Source: Squalus acanthias
Lineage: Eukaryota
NCBI GenBank assembly: GCA_030390025.1
Contig: JASTWF010000070.1
Coordinates: forward strand, 1,054,001 to 1,118,000
Length of the DNA stretch: 64,000 nt
Direction of reading: 5' to 3'
Position numbers and translations under genes: made by a program. Under the pieces are notes generated by a model. It made no database searches. It saw only the letters and a list, made by a program, of their open reading frames with translations, and was not told the origin of the DNA. How positions within the stretch are numbered: the stretch's first letter is position 1; each line of letters opens with the position of its first letter. Of this stretch, positions 1-13,267 are shown one piece after another.

Positions 1-620
1 ATATTTATGGCCCCTAGTTCTGGTCACTTCACAAGTCAAAACAACTTATCTTCCTATCAAACTCTTTCATAACCTTAAAGGCCTCTATCAGGTCACCCCT
101 CAGCCTTCTCATTTCCAGAGAAAAGAGCCCCAGCCTGTTCAATCTTTCCTGATGTGTATAACCTCTCAGTTCTGTATCATCCTTGTACATCTTTTTTGCA
201 CCTTCTCCAGTGCCTCTATATCCTTTTTATAATATGGAGACCAGAACTGTGCACAGTGCTCCACGTGTGGTCTAACCAAGGTTCGATACATCTTTAACAC
301 AACTTCGCTGCTTTTCAATTCTATCCCTCTAGAAATTAACCCCAGTGCTTTGGTTTGCTTGTTTTAATGGGCTTGTTAACCTGTGTCACTACTTTCAGTG
401 ATTTGTGTACCTTCACCCCATATACTCTACCACAGTTGAAAACGTATTTTCAAAGAACTAACAGACACTGACAGTGGGTAAAAGCAACAATAAATTTGCT
501 GACGAAATCACTTAACTGCATTATTAAAAAATAGCAGATGGATTTAAAATAATTTACTTTCGATAGTAAATGCGTCAGAGTTCACTCCCAGGAAAGAGCC
601 AGTGAAATTCGGGGTCCACT

Positions 621-1032
621 TACATAAGAACATTAGAAATACAAGCAGGAGTAGGCCATTTGGCACTTCGAGCCTGCTGCGCCATTGAATAAGATCATGG
701 CTGATCTTCTACCTCATCTCCACTTTCCTGTAATATTCCCATATCCCTTGAGTCCCCAAGAGTCCAAAAATCTATCGACCTCTGTCTTGAATATACTCAA
801 CGACTGAGCCTCCACATCCCTCTGGGGTAGAGAAATCCAAAGATTCACCACCCTCTGAGTGAAGAAATTCCTCCTCATCTCAGTCCTAAATGACCAACCC
901 CTTATCCTGAGACTGTGACCCCTGGTTCTGGACTCCCTAGCCAGGAGAAACATGCTCCCTGCATCTACCCTGTCAAACCCTGTAAGAATTTTGTATGTTT
1001 CAATGAGATCACCTCTCATTCTTCTAAACTCC
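621..1032 (-). mobile_element. CR1-type LINE 3' fragment
   Basis: RT C-terminus RRMRGDLIETYKI..RTRGHSL..FFTQRVVNLWN plus 3' tail. Confidence 0.85.
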
Positions 1033-1959
1033 AGCTTTAATATCAATGCAGCCTAAATCCCGAGGTAGTGCCTGAGCTGCCCAGTCGTCATGAGCCGCAC
1101 TTCTGAGCCGCACACCTTTGCTCCATAAATGTGCATTGTAAATCGGCGTTAGAGATACACTGAGCGCATCTGGACTGAACGATGAAAGGGCTGGAATCAC
1201 AGACACAATGCTGGGATTTGAAAAACTGTTGTATTGCGTTTTATAAAACGTTATATTACTGATGCATTGTAAAGATTATTTGAATTATATCGTGCTCACA
1301 TATAAAGACGCAAAATGAATCTAAAAACGTCAATGCAGGAAAGGAGAAACATGTCGAGATTGAACCGAAGCTGCAGGCGATGTGTCATCTTAAGAATAGC
1401 AGACGATGCGTAAGAGAGAATTTAAATATGTTTAGAATTTCCGCTTTGGGCCGAAATTTCCCATTTGCAAAATGCGCTTGAAATTGCGTCGTTTCTGTTC
1501 GGCGTTAAGACTCTCCAGTAGGCGATACGTCGGTTCTGCAATTAGTCAGTCTCTCTTCCGAGTGAGGGTTAATTATTGATAATGATGCATCAAGTCGGTA
1601 AGAGAACGTGAGATCGCCGCAGTGAGACGTCAATGAAGATAGCAATTGTACCCTTTAGCTTCACGCCACATCTTCCAATAGTCGAATTTCTGCGGTGCTT
1701 TGGGACTTGAACCCGGCGTATCAAAGTCCCTGAGAAGGGTTGACACCTCAGGGCTCTACTGCGCCGGGTGGTCTTCTGAATGTGATTGCCAATTTCCTGT
1801 CAATGGACCCCAAAAGCACGGGGAAGCGGCACACAATTGAGGAACAGCTGGCTTGAATTGTTACTGAGCAGAGTGTCTTACTGATCCCACAATGAGAGCA
1901 AAGCAGAGGGAACTTTCCACATCACGTCATATCCGGCAGGCGCTCGCTTTCCTTTCCCG

Positions 1960-4900
1960 TCAGAGGGTCGGGACCGCATTAAACGCCAGGTGGGCGTAAA
2001 GAGTCTATGGGAGAAAACAGAAGCATTATCATGGCCCACATCATCATCATTGGAACAGAGGGACAGGAGGAGGCTGTTCAGCCCCTCGAGTCTGTTCCGC
2101 CATTCAGTCAGATCATGGCTGATCTGTATCTTAACTCCATCTACCCGCCTTGGTTGCCTAACCCTTAATCCCCTTACCCAACAAGAATCTATCAAAAATC
2201 ACTCAGTTTTGGAATTTGCAATTGACCCCCATCCTCAACAGCTTTTTTGGGGGAGAGAGTTCCAGATTTCCACCACCCTTTGTGTGAAGAAGTGCTTCCT
2301 GACATCACCCCTGAATGGCCTGCCTCTAATTTTAAGGTTACAACCCCCTTGTTCTGGACCCCCGCCCCCCCCCCCCCGCCACACCAGAGGAAATAGTTTC
2401 TCTCGATCTACCCCATCGAATCTTTAATCATCTTAAACACCACAATTAGATCGCCCCTTAATATTCTATACTTGAGGGAATACAACCTAGTTTGTGCAAC
2501 CTGTCCACACAAATGCATCCTTTCAGCCCCTGTACGACTCGGGTGAACTACCATTCTGCAATTTAAAATATCCAGATCTATATTTTTTTAATCTACGTTC
2601 GCAGTTTTACATAAAAGGTAAAGAGTGCTACCCTGTAGTGCTCATTATGCATTTTTTTATGGAGCCAATTATTATGAATCTTAAACATTGCGTTAAAATC
2701 AGTGCAAGGTATTGACATGTGTTAAGCAAAAACAATTCTTTTCATATCTACCTCCTTGTCTTGTGCACGTGGTCTCGAATCCGTCAATTTCTGATCGTTG
2801 TTCGTGTTGCCTGATATAAAGAGAAACTTAATCTAAGTCTAAATGCACACATTTCACACTGAACGGGCCCACTAACATGTAATGAGCCAATGACACAATA
2901 AATGGATTGATTGGGAGCGCCGTGGAGTTGGAGCGTCTCCCGACAACCGCTACCTGAACGCCGGTTCCTGCAGCTCCTTCCCGCGGCGACAATAACCATC
3001 AGCAGAAGGAGAAGCGCCGCCGCCGAACTCCCGTAAAGCAGTAATCTGCAGCTGGTTTGTAGCAGGGGCTCTGAAGAAAGAAAAAAAACAACCTTTTATT
3101 TAAAAAAAACCCGTAACCCGAGCCTTCTGGTTCTCGCAGAAGGTTCAAGGAGGCCCAACACCACATTCTCAACCACTGGGGATGGACAATCAATGCCAGA
3201 CTTACCACCGTCACCAACATCACGAGAACCAATTAAAAATGTTGCTGGAAATCATTNNNNNNNNNNNNNNNNNNNNNNNNNNNNNNNNNNNNNNNNNNNN
3301 NNNNNNNNNNNNNNNNNNNNNNNNNNNNNNNNNNNNNNNNNNNNNNNNNNNNNNNNNNNNNNNNNNNNNNNNNNNNNNNNNNNNNNNNNNNNNNNNNNNN
3401 NNNNNNNNNNNNNNNNNNNNNNNNNNNNNNNNNNNNNNNNNNNNNNNNNNNNNNNNNNNNNNNNNNNNNNNNNNNNNNNNNNNNNNNNNNNNNNNNNACC
3501 ATGAACCTATCGAAGGGGAGGGCACAGAAGGAGAGTATGAGGCCCTCCATGTTTCTGCCGGCTCTTTGGCAGATGGATCCAAAACTAATCCCATTACCCG
3601 GCTCTCTCTCCATATTCCTGTATCAATCCAAAACAAACTCCAAAACCCACTCTGTCACCTGGAATGCACCACTTCCAACCCTTCGCCAATCCGAGGAATA
3701 CCCATTTACCCTATCTGCTTCTTTCTTGTCTGTCATCTAACTTTCCATCCAGGCTGCCACATCTCCTTCACACCATATGTCTAAATTGTTTCAAAACAGC
3801 CCTGTTGTGCGACATCTTATCAAACGCCTTCTGGAAATCCATACACCTTACATCTACTGCAATCCCTTTACCTATCCAATCGGTCACTTCTACAAAAGCT
3901 CTGTTAAATTTGTTAAACACAACACCACTTTCACAAATTGGTGCTGGTTGTCATTAACTAGCCCAGCCATTTAGAAATGCTCACCACTTTCAGTTCAAAT
4001 TACAGATTTTAAGCGTTTCTCCGCAACTCATCTGGTCTATGGTAGCCCAAGTGACACCTATCTCCTCTCTTAGATGAAACGTTAGGTGAAAACCGTTTCG
4101 GTAGGAAGAATAAGGAGGTCACATACTCCTTGGAAAATAATTGTCTAAACGGAGTAGAGGAGCAGTGGAATCTGGAGGTACAGATACACAAACCACTAAA
4201 AATAGTGACGCAGTTTAATAAGGCCATAAAAAAACAAACCAAGAACTGGGGTTCATCTCTAGAGGGATAGAATTGAAAAGCAGAGAAGTTATGTTAAATT
4301 TCTGTAGAGCCTTGGTTGGAGCAGACCTGGAATACTGTGAACATTTCTGGGCTTTATGTTATAAAGAGGATAGAGAGACAATGGAGAAGATACAAAAAGA
4401 TTTACAAGGATGATACCAGAATTGAGACGTTATGCCTATCAGGAAAGATTGAACAGGCTGGGCTCTTTTCTCGACAAAAGGGAAGACTGTGAGGTGACCT
4501 AATAGAGGACTTTAGATTATGAAAAGGGTTACATAGGATTACATAGGATATACGGCACAGAAACAGCCCATTCGGCCCAACAAGTCCATGCCGGCGTTTA
4601 TGCTCCACTCGAGCCTCCTCCCGTCTTTCCTCAACTAAATCGATCAGCGTAACGCTCTATTCCCTTCTCACTCATATGCTTGTCCAGCCTCCCCTTTAAA
4701 CGTATCTATACTATTCGCTTCAAACACTCCCTGTGGTAGCGAGTTCCACATTCTCGCCACTCTTTGGGTAAAGAAGTTTCTCCTGAATTCTCCTGAATTC
4801 CCTGCTGAATTTCTTGGTGACTATTTTATATTGATGTCCTCTAGTTATGCTCTTCTCCACAAGTGGAAACATTCTCTCTATATCTACTCTGTCAAAACCT

Positions 4901-6965
4901 TTGACAGGGTAGACTTGGAGAAGATGTTTCCACTTGTGGGGGATGAGGGACCAAATAGTCACTATTAAAGCCAATTGGGAATTCAGGATAAACATCTTTA
5001 CCCAAAGAGTGGTGAGAATGTGGAACTCGCTACCACAGGGAGTGTCTGAAGCGAATAGTATAGATACATTTAAGGGGAAGTTAGATAAACACATGAGGGA
5101 GAAACGAATAGATGGATATTGATGGGTTTATAATGAAGTGGGATGGGAGGGCACTCGTGTGGAGCATAAACACCGGCACGGACCTGTTGGGCCGAATGGC
5201 CTGTCTCTGTGCTGTACATACTGTGTAATACAGATACCTACATACAGGCATCGAGAGAGAAAGTGATAAACTAGAAATTGCAGTTATATTTTCCAATTTT
5301 ACCCATGGACAGCTCAGACAGATACCTTCTCTCCCACCATATACGTATGGCCGAGCTAGACAGATGGACTTTATAATTCTGATTGCTCAACACTGCAACA
5401 TTGAGAGAGGTAAATGATTGGGTAATTCGACATGGACACGCAGAAAGGGAGAGACTTTGAATGTATAAAGTGATATTGCTAGCAATTAACTCTTACATCA
5501 GCATGGAAGATATTAGTGAAGGGTCACTGCCACTAATTACCTCTCTCAGATGAGACACTTTCACTGATCAGATCCCCAGTGGAGTTGATTGGAACGGCGC
5601 AAGTACAAACAGCACCGCTGCTCCAAGTTTCAGCCGAGACGCTGATGTGACTCCTGACAGTGTACGTCCCGTCCGTGTCTATTGTCCCGGAATCGCTCCG
5701 TCCCTCGGTAACCTGTCCGGAAACATTCCAGCGAATGGGAAGGGAATCGGGAGACAGGCTTTTCACCAAACACATCAATGAGACACTTTCCAGCGAGGGA
5801 ATTTCATCCGGCGGCGGAGCTAAGAGAAAGATTTCCGGAGACCCTGGGGAGTTTGGGGGGGTTAAGATACCATTAATATTCTACGTAAATTCGTCGTTAT
5901 TTATGATGAAATGAGTAAAACATCGCAATTCTTACCTGCAATGAGCAATGTCGAGCCGTTTCCGAATATCAATGGCTTTTCGCTAGAGTTCTTAGCTGCG
6001 CAGTAATACACCCCCGAATCATTTCTCTGGACATCTTTCACAATCAGAGAGTAAATATTGGATTCGTTGTTAACTTGTCCGGAAAATCTTCCTTCAGGAG
6101 AGTTTTGATTCCACACGGTGTAAACTAGCTGTAGATGCTCGCGGTGCTGCCCCTTATACCAGTGCACACATACTGCGAACCAACCCGTGTGACAATCGAC
6201 CTTAAAGGTACTTCCAAAAGAGAGAGTCTGAACCGGCGGATTCTGGGCAAACGCTGCCTGAGAGACAATAACTGGGAGAAGAACATATTCACAAAAGGGT
6301 CTGTTACACGGCAGAAATAAACACTCTTCCCTATTAAGAAACGGGTACAGCGGTAAACTGTGAGAAGGATCATCCCATCAATAATTACCATGGATCCTAT
6401 TATCTAAATAGGTCAAATGCTGGGGGTTAAAATTGTGTCTATAACAGGAGAAAGAATGAAAGGAAGCAGGGAAGGAAGAAAGAAAGAACGAAAGAAAGAC
6501 AAAAAGAAAGATCTTTACAGCCAATGAAGTATTTTTTTAAGTGTAGTCACTGTTGTAATGTAGGAAACGCAGCAGCCAAATTGCGCACAACAAATTCCCA
6601 CAAACAGCAATATGATAATGACCAGATCATCTGTGATATTGATTTTGGGATATTATATTGGCCCCAGGATACCAGACAGATCTCCCCAGCTCTCCTTCCA
6701 ATAGTGGCCGTGGGATCTTTTACCTCCACCTGAGAGAGCAGACGGGGCATCCGATAGATGGAAAATATTGACATTTGGTCTAATTTCATTCGCCTGAGAT
6801 AATCCAGTCCTTCAACAGGACACTAATATTACAGAATACAGCGCGAAATCTTTTACTTGGCGGACTAGCTCAATGATATAGCGCCGGAATTCCGCCATGT
6901 ATTAGAAGCACATAAGACTGACCTGGAAAGAGATGGAACAGCGCGCAGGGAGTTAAGAAGCTCAT
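1960..6965 (-). CDS. Gene A: non-rearranging VJ-C1-TM receptor with cytoplasmic tyrosine motif, 6 exons, 300 aa, apparently intact
   Basis: Exons 6965-6923 (leader MSFLTPCALFHLFP), 6271-5936 (VJ: DC..HWYK..DSGVYYC..FGNGSTL), 5843-5541 (C1), 3070-2954 (Cys + TM: QTSCRLLLYGSSAAALLLLMVIVAAG), 2810-2752, 2004-1960 (TLYAHLAFNAVPTL*). All introns GT-AG with compatible phases; 903 nt. An assembly gap (3257-3497) lies in the C-TM intron. Confidence 0.85.
5541..5843 (-). CDS. Gene A Ig C1-set exon
   Basis: 303-nt phase 1-1 exon FLLAPP..SLMCLV..IRWNVSG..DGTYTVRSHISV..W..VCTCAV. Confidence 0.9.
5936..6271 (-). CDS. Gene A germline-joined VJ Ig V-set exon
   Basis: 336-nt phase 1-1 exon with B-strand Cys, C-strand Trp, DSGVYYC and J-like FGNGSTL in one exon; no RSS after YYC. 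Confidence 0.92.
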
Positions 6966-7019
6966 TGTCGACGACCGAGACACTTGCTGTGAGCTACACA
7001 CTGAACACTTTGCTGGGAT

Positions 7020-7175
7020 ATCTTTGCGCTGGGCCCGGCTCGCAAGAGATGTGAAAGACACAGCTGCGGAAATTGCGTGCTTGCGTTTTAAAAATAGCGG
7101 GCCTGGAAAATACAGCGTAATGTCAAGGCTCGCTGCGGGTTTCCTGTTGACACATTAAACGCCCACGCACATGTC
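7020..7175 (-). promoter_or_regulatory. Conserved proximal promoter module of gene A (ETS/RUNX/NFAT-like motifs)
   Basis: Ordered motifs GATGTGAAA, TGCGGAAAT, CTGGAAAA, TGCGGGTTTCCTGTT recur upstream of B (14245-14410), D (39890-40040) and A' (58010-58160). Confidence 0.55.
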
Positions 7176-9147
7176 TGCCTGCAAAGGGCAATGCATTCCA
7201 GTTCGTGTTAAACAGGCTTGAAAGGCGGCGAGAAGTGCAGGCTGATTAAACTGTGAACTGAAGGCTGGCAGTGCTGAATTGCACACACCGGATTGGTTGT
7301 GTCATTCGTGTGGGCGCGAGGACATGATCCTATTTCGAATGTTTCTTTTTATTGGTCCCGAACCCATTCATTCATACACCCTTACTTGTACCAACAAATA
7401 TAGACCAGATTCAAGAAAGGTGCAATCATCTGTTATTTTACCAGCCGTGGCTCAGTGGGCAGCACGCTCGCCTCCGAGTCAGAAGGTCGTGGGTTCAGAG
7501 TTCCACTCCAGAGACTTGAGCACAATATTTATACCTCAGTCAACTTCAGTAAAAGAGATGTCTTGATCATTATCACATTGCTATTTGTGGGAGCTTGCTG
7601 TGCAAAAAATTGCCGGCGTATTCACTGCATTACAACAGTGACGACATTTCAAAAGTACCTCATTGGCTAAAAAGCGCTTTGGGATCTCCTGAGGTGGTGA
7701 AAGGCGCTATAGAACTGCAAGTTATTCTTTACCTCTTTTCCCAGGTTTTGCTCCAACGTGTTATTAACCAAACGTCGCCGCCGGGTGAGTATCATTTATG
7801 GGCACTGAGTGCGATTTTGGCCGCGCTCCTGTTCTTATTTACACACTCAGCCTCCTGGTTCCTGGATTCTGCGCCCCTCTCATCGCCGCTGCACCATAAG
7901 GCGAAATTCACATCTTGATTGCATTCAATGTCCCATGAAAGAATTTAAAAAAAGATGGCTTTAAGAAATGTCCTGATCTGCACATTCCCGAGGTTACCTG
8001 GATAATTCCTTAAATTAAGAAATGTGGATTGTAGAAGCTTTTTTTTGGGGGGGGGAGAGTTCCAGATTTCCACCACCATTTGTGTTAAGAAGTGCTTCCT
8101 GACATCACCCCTGAGCGGCCTGGCTCTAAATTTAATTTGTTACCCCCTTGTTCTGGACTCCCCCCCACCAGAGAAAATATTTGCTCTCTCTCCACCCTAT
8201 CAACTCCTTGAAGCATCTTAAATTCATCAATTAAATCACCCCTTAATCTTCGATATTGAAGTGGATTCAAGTCTGGTCTATGCAAACTGTCCTCATAATT
8301 GAAACGTTTTAGATCCTGTATAATTATCTGGTTAATTCTCATATGAGCTGAAGTTGGAGGCCTGGTCGCATTGTACACTGGAAATTGCTCCACCTCTGAG
8401 TTGCAAGTATATTTCCCTACTGTAACTAAATGGAACTATCTGTGCGTTGGATAACATTTACCAAAAGATATTTTACAACATTTCCATTGCTACAACAAGT
8501 AAAGGAAGACGTGCATTTATATAGCACCGCACAGGACCTCGGGGCTCCCGAAGCGCTTTACAACCAATGAAGTACTTTTGAAGTGTAGTCACTGTTGCAA
8601 TGTTGGGAGACGCGGCCGCCAATTTGCGCACAGCAAGATCCGACAAACACACACTTCAGCAAAAAGTGCTTCATTGGCAGTAAAGCGCTTTGGTACGTCC
8701 TGATGTCGTGAAAGGCGCTGTAGAAATGCAATTCTCTATTCTAACAGTTAAGCAGAACATGAATCTTTCGATAATTGTCCCTGTAGCAACTGTTATTATC
8801 TGTTTTTTTTTAATCCGTTTCTCTGCAGTGGTGTTTCTCGATATGATAAAGAACACATTCTAAATCTGCATGAGATTATAAAGAAAAGATAATTGCTTTA
8901 TTAAAACGGTAATAAAGTTGTTTAAAAATCATTAAGCATATCTACAGACAGAGTACAATCACACTGGGAGCTAAGCGATAATTACCGCCCAGTAATTTGA
9001 AGAGTCACTGAACACAGGCTGTAATTGATGATGCGGTGAGTGAAGCTTTATATCTAAAGGTCTTCCATTCTCATGACGATGTGTAATGCGCACCAAACGC
9101 CAGGCGCGCGTACAGAATCTGTGAGGGAGCAACATGAGAATACAATT

Positions 9148-10105
9148 CACAGAATCATAGAATCATAGAATGGTTACAGCACGGAAGAAGGCCATTCAGC
9201 CAGGCGAACCCGTGCCGACTCTCAGCTAGTCCCACTCCCCTGCCCTTTTCCCGTAGCCCTGCAATTAGTTTTCCTTCGGGTACTTATCCAACTCCCTTTT
9301 GAATTATAAGATTGAGTCTGCCTCCACCACCCTCTCAGGCAGCGCATTCCAGATCCGAACCACTCGCTGCGTAAAAAAGTTTATTCTTACGTCGCCTTTG
9401 GTTCTTTTGCCAATCACCTTAAATCTGTGTCCTCTGGTTCTCGACCCTTCTGCCAATGGGATCGGTTTCCCTCTATCTACTCTGTCCGGACCACTCATGA
9501 TTTTGAACACCTCTATCAAATCTCCTCTCAAACTTCTCTGCTCCAAGGAGAACAACCCCAGCTTCTCCAGTCCATACACCTAACTGAAGTCCTTCATTCC
9601 TGGAACCATTCTCCTAAATCTTTTCTGCACCATCTCTGAGGCCTTCACATCCTTCCTAAAGTGTGGGGCCTAGAATTGGACACAGTTCTCCAGTTGTGGC
9701 CGAACCAGTGTTTTCTACAATTTCATCATAATGTCCACACTTTTTTACACTATACCTCGATTTATGAAGCCCAGGAGCCTTTTTAACTGCTTTCTCAACA
9801 CGCCCTGCCACCTTCAACGATTTGTGCACATTTACCCCAAGGTTTCTCTGTCCCTGCACCCACTTTAGGATGGTACCCTTTAGTTTATATGTCCTCTCCT
9901 CATTCTTTCTACCAAAATCTTTCATTTCGCACTTTTCTGCGTTAAATTTCACCTGCCACGTGTCCGCCCATTCCACCAGCCTGTTTATCTCCTCTTGAAG
10001 TCTATCACTCTCCTCCTCACTGTTCACTATACTTCCAAGTTTTGTATCATTTGCAAATTTTGAAATTGTGCCTTGTACACCCACTTCCAAGTCATTAATA
10101 TATGT
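9148..10105 (-). mobile_element. CR1 LINE 3' fragment (duplicate at 61110-62065)
   Basis: YINDL..SKFANDTKL and RT C-terminal ORFs. Confidence 0.85.
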
Positions 10106-12329
10106 CTTCACCCTCCTGCTCAACTTATTCTGAGTCAGTATAAGTTTGAATCAGAATGGGAACAACAGGTCTCCCGCCTGAGTGTCTTTAGATTAATTTA
10201 AGAACAGGAAACACGAATTTAAGAAAAGTTTATGCAGTTCCCCTTTTGAATATAATTTCAATTTTACTTATTACAGTGTAAGAATTAATTCAGAAAAATC
10301 AGTAATGGGCACCACCCTCCCTATCTCTCTAACATCCTCCAGCCCTACAACCCTCCGAGATCTCCGCGCTCCTCCAGTTCTGGCCTCTTGCGCATCGACC
10401 GATTTTAATCACTCCACTATTGGCGGCCTAGCCTTTAGCTGCCTGGGCCCTAAGCTCTAGAATTCCCTCTTGGCCTCTCGCTCCTCCTTTAAGACGCTCG
10501 TTAAAACCGACGTCTTTGACCAACCTTTTGGTCACCAGTCCTAATATCTCTTTATGTGGCTCGCTGTCACATATTCTCTAATTAACGCTCCTGTGAATCG
10601 CCTTGGGACATTAAAGGCGCTGTATAGATACAAGTTGTTCTAAGCAATTCATTGCATGCGAATCGCTTTGGGTCGTTTCCGAGAGAGGCACAACGCGCTG
10701 TATTAATGCGAATCTCTCCTTAAAGTAACCACCAACGGACATGTCCATGAATATCAGTGAAACCCCTGATACCAGTACAGAATCTTACAGCACAGAAGGG
10801 GGGCATTCGGCCCGTCCTGCCTGTGCCGGCTCGTTGAAAACGCTACCCAATTAATCCCACTCCTCCCGCTCTCTAATGAAAATAACATCACTGAGATTCT
10901 TCACACCTACCTCGTTTTCTGGGTTCTTGATTCTTTAATCTGGAACTTGGTCAGTTGTGACTACACTCTCTGATTTAAGGAGATGATTAGAGTTAAATGT
11001 GCAAACTTACACACCAAAAGGACCCTTTCAGCAAACGGCAAAAGACTCAACTTAGGTTTAGCTTCGGACAGGCAGTACCTGGTTTGCGGGTCTTGCAGCG
11101 CCGTCTCGCCGCGACAATGACCATCCTCAGCACAAGAAGGGGCGCCACCATACGGGCGTAAAACGCGATGCGGCAGGTCGTGCTCCGGAGGGACACTGAA
11201 CAACAAAGAATTAACTCTAATGAAATGAACAAAACACAAACTAATAGCTTACATTCAGTGACATTCTGAAACCTCGCCTACTGGGATTTGAAGACGTTTT
11301 TCCCAGAATCGTTAAACACAAGATGATGTCCTGTTCCCGATATCACTGCAAGTTGTTCCTGTTGTTGAGATCGCTGCGCTCCTCCAATTCTGGCCTCTTG
11401 CACATCCCCCGATTTCCATTTTCCCTCCATTGGCGGCCGTGCCTTCAGCTGCCTGGGCCCCGAGCCCTGGAATTCCCTCCCTAAACCTCTCCGCCTCTCT
11501 CTCCTCCTTCAAGACGCTCCTTAAAACCTCCCTCTTTTAACAAGCTTTTGGTCACCTGTCCTAATATCTCCTTATGTGGCTCGGTGACAAATTGTGTCTG
11601 ATAATCGCTCCTGTGAAGCGCCTTGGGACGTTTTACTACGTTAAATGCGCTGTATAAATGCAGGTTCTTGTTGTTGAATTATGTGTAGGCTTAAAGGTTG
11701 TTAAGTGCTCACTCGCATATTTATCCATTTTTAAAATGCACACTTACTTTAGTAGTAGACTTTATGTAGAATTTAGACAGAGACATGGAGGGGGCACAAA
11801 AGGGATTCAGCAAGTTGATATTAGGGGTGAAAGACCTTAATTAGGAAGAGACGCGGTTGGGGATACTGTTAGAACAGAGAAGGTTAAGAGGAAATCTAAT
11901 AGAGGTGTTCAATTTTACCAGGGATTTGGTAAAGTGGATAAGGAAAGACATTTTCACTGGTCCGTGAGTCGGCAAGAGCATAAATGTAAGATCATTACAA
12001 AAAGGAATGAAGATGTTAGCAGTCGTTAATGCAGTCGTTTGGTGGGTCAGAGAAGGTGATATTAGGAATAGTCGTGGGAGCAATTTTGAAGAAGGATGTC
12101 ATTTAATATTTGAAAAAGAAAAAAAAATATGAAGAATGGGTAGGGCAATGGGACTAAAAGGAACCACCTTCAGAGAGAGGGTACAGGGCGATGGGTGAAA
12201 AGGAAAAGGCTGAGCGATTGAGACCAAGATGAGAACTCTTTCAGACAGCAATCACAGGCACGATGCGTCGAATGACCCTCCTCCTGCACTGGAAAAGTCT
12301 TAATCTGGATAGTGGCATGTCGTCAAAAC

Positions 12330-12845
12330 CTAAGGTAGGATATACTTGCCAGAGAGGAAGTGCAACGAAGGTTCACCAGACTGGTTCCTTGGATGGGGGG
12401 ATTGTCCTATGAGGAGAGATTGAGTGGACTAGGCCTATATTCTCTCGAGTTTAGATGAATGAGAGGTGATCTCATTGAAACATACAAAATTCTTACAGGA
12501 TGGAAGCAGGGAGGATGTTTCCCCTGGCTGGGGAGTCTAGAACCAGGGGTCACAGTCTCAGAATAAGGAGTCGGCCATTTATGACTGAGATGAGGAGAAA
12601 TTTCTTCACTCAGAGGGTGATGAATCGTTGGAATTTTCTGCCCCAGAGGGCTGTGGAGGCTCAGTCGTTGAGTATATTCAAGACAGAGATCGCTAGATTT
12701 TTGGATATTAAGGGAATCAATGGACATGGGGATAGTGCAGGAAAGTGGAGATGAGGTAGAAGATCAGCCATGATCTTATTGAATGGCGGAGCAGGCTCGA
12801 ATGACCAAATGCCCAACTCCTGCTCCTATTTCTTATGTTCTTATG
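12330..12845 (+). mobile_element. CR1 LINE 3' fragment
   Basis: GRMFPLAGESRTRGHSLRI..; TTCTTATG tail. Confidence 0.85.
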
Positions 12846-13267
12846 AAGCAGCGGAGATGTGCAGCGACTGATGGCGAGATAGTCAGGCTAGAAACATGGA
12901 GAAATAAATGCAGCAAATGGCAAGCCAAGGAAAAGAGATGTTAAAGTTTCCGCCGAGACGCTGATGTGGCTTCTCACGGTGTAGCTCCCTTCCGGGTCCA
13001 CCGTCCCGGAATCGCTGCGTCCCTCGGTAACCCGGCCCGAAACATTTCAAAGGACGGGAAGGGAACCGGGAGACGTGCCTCTCACCAAACACATCTAGGG
13101 CACCCGTTCCCTCCAGGAAATGTCATTTGGCGGTGGAGTTAAGAGAAATATAACCAGGGGACCCGCTAAATTCGGAAAATAAAACGGAGGCCGAAATAAC
13201 AGTTAAACAAGACGCGTTTTAATTGATGTATAAATGCACAATTGAGTGAAATAGTTGTGAAGATTAC

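Noticed and set aside
2784-2953. Read-through of TM exon giving an ITIM-like SIYCVI (SIYCVV in A')
   Set aside because: Gene A has a GT donor and in-phase downstream exons conserved in size with gene B; A' is already terminated upstream; probably chance
3182-3784. Long ORFs across N runs (also 23887-24291, 46254-46652, 53729-54199)
   Set aside because: Artefacts of assembly gaps
5541-6271. Calling genes A and C a TCR chain or conventional Ig light chain
   Set aside because: No RSS or separate J, ~90-bp V-C intron, no C-terminal IgL Cys-stop, and long multi-exon tails with tyrosine motifs
7441-7520. tRNA-like sequences (also ~16690-16760, 46629-46700, 55840-55898, 58430-58505)
   Set aside because: They are SINE heads continuous with SINE bodies, not tRNA genes
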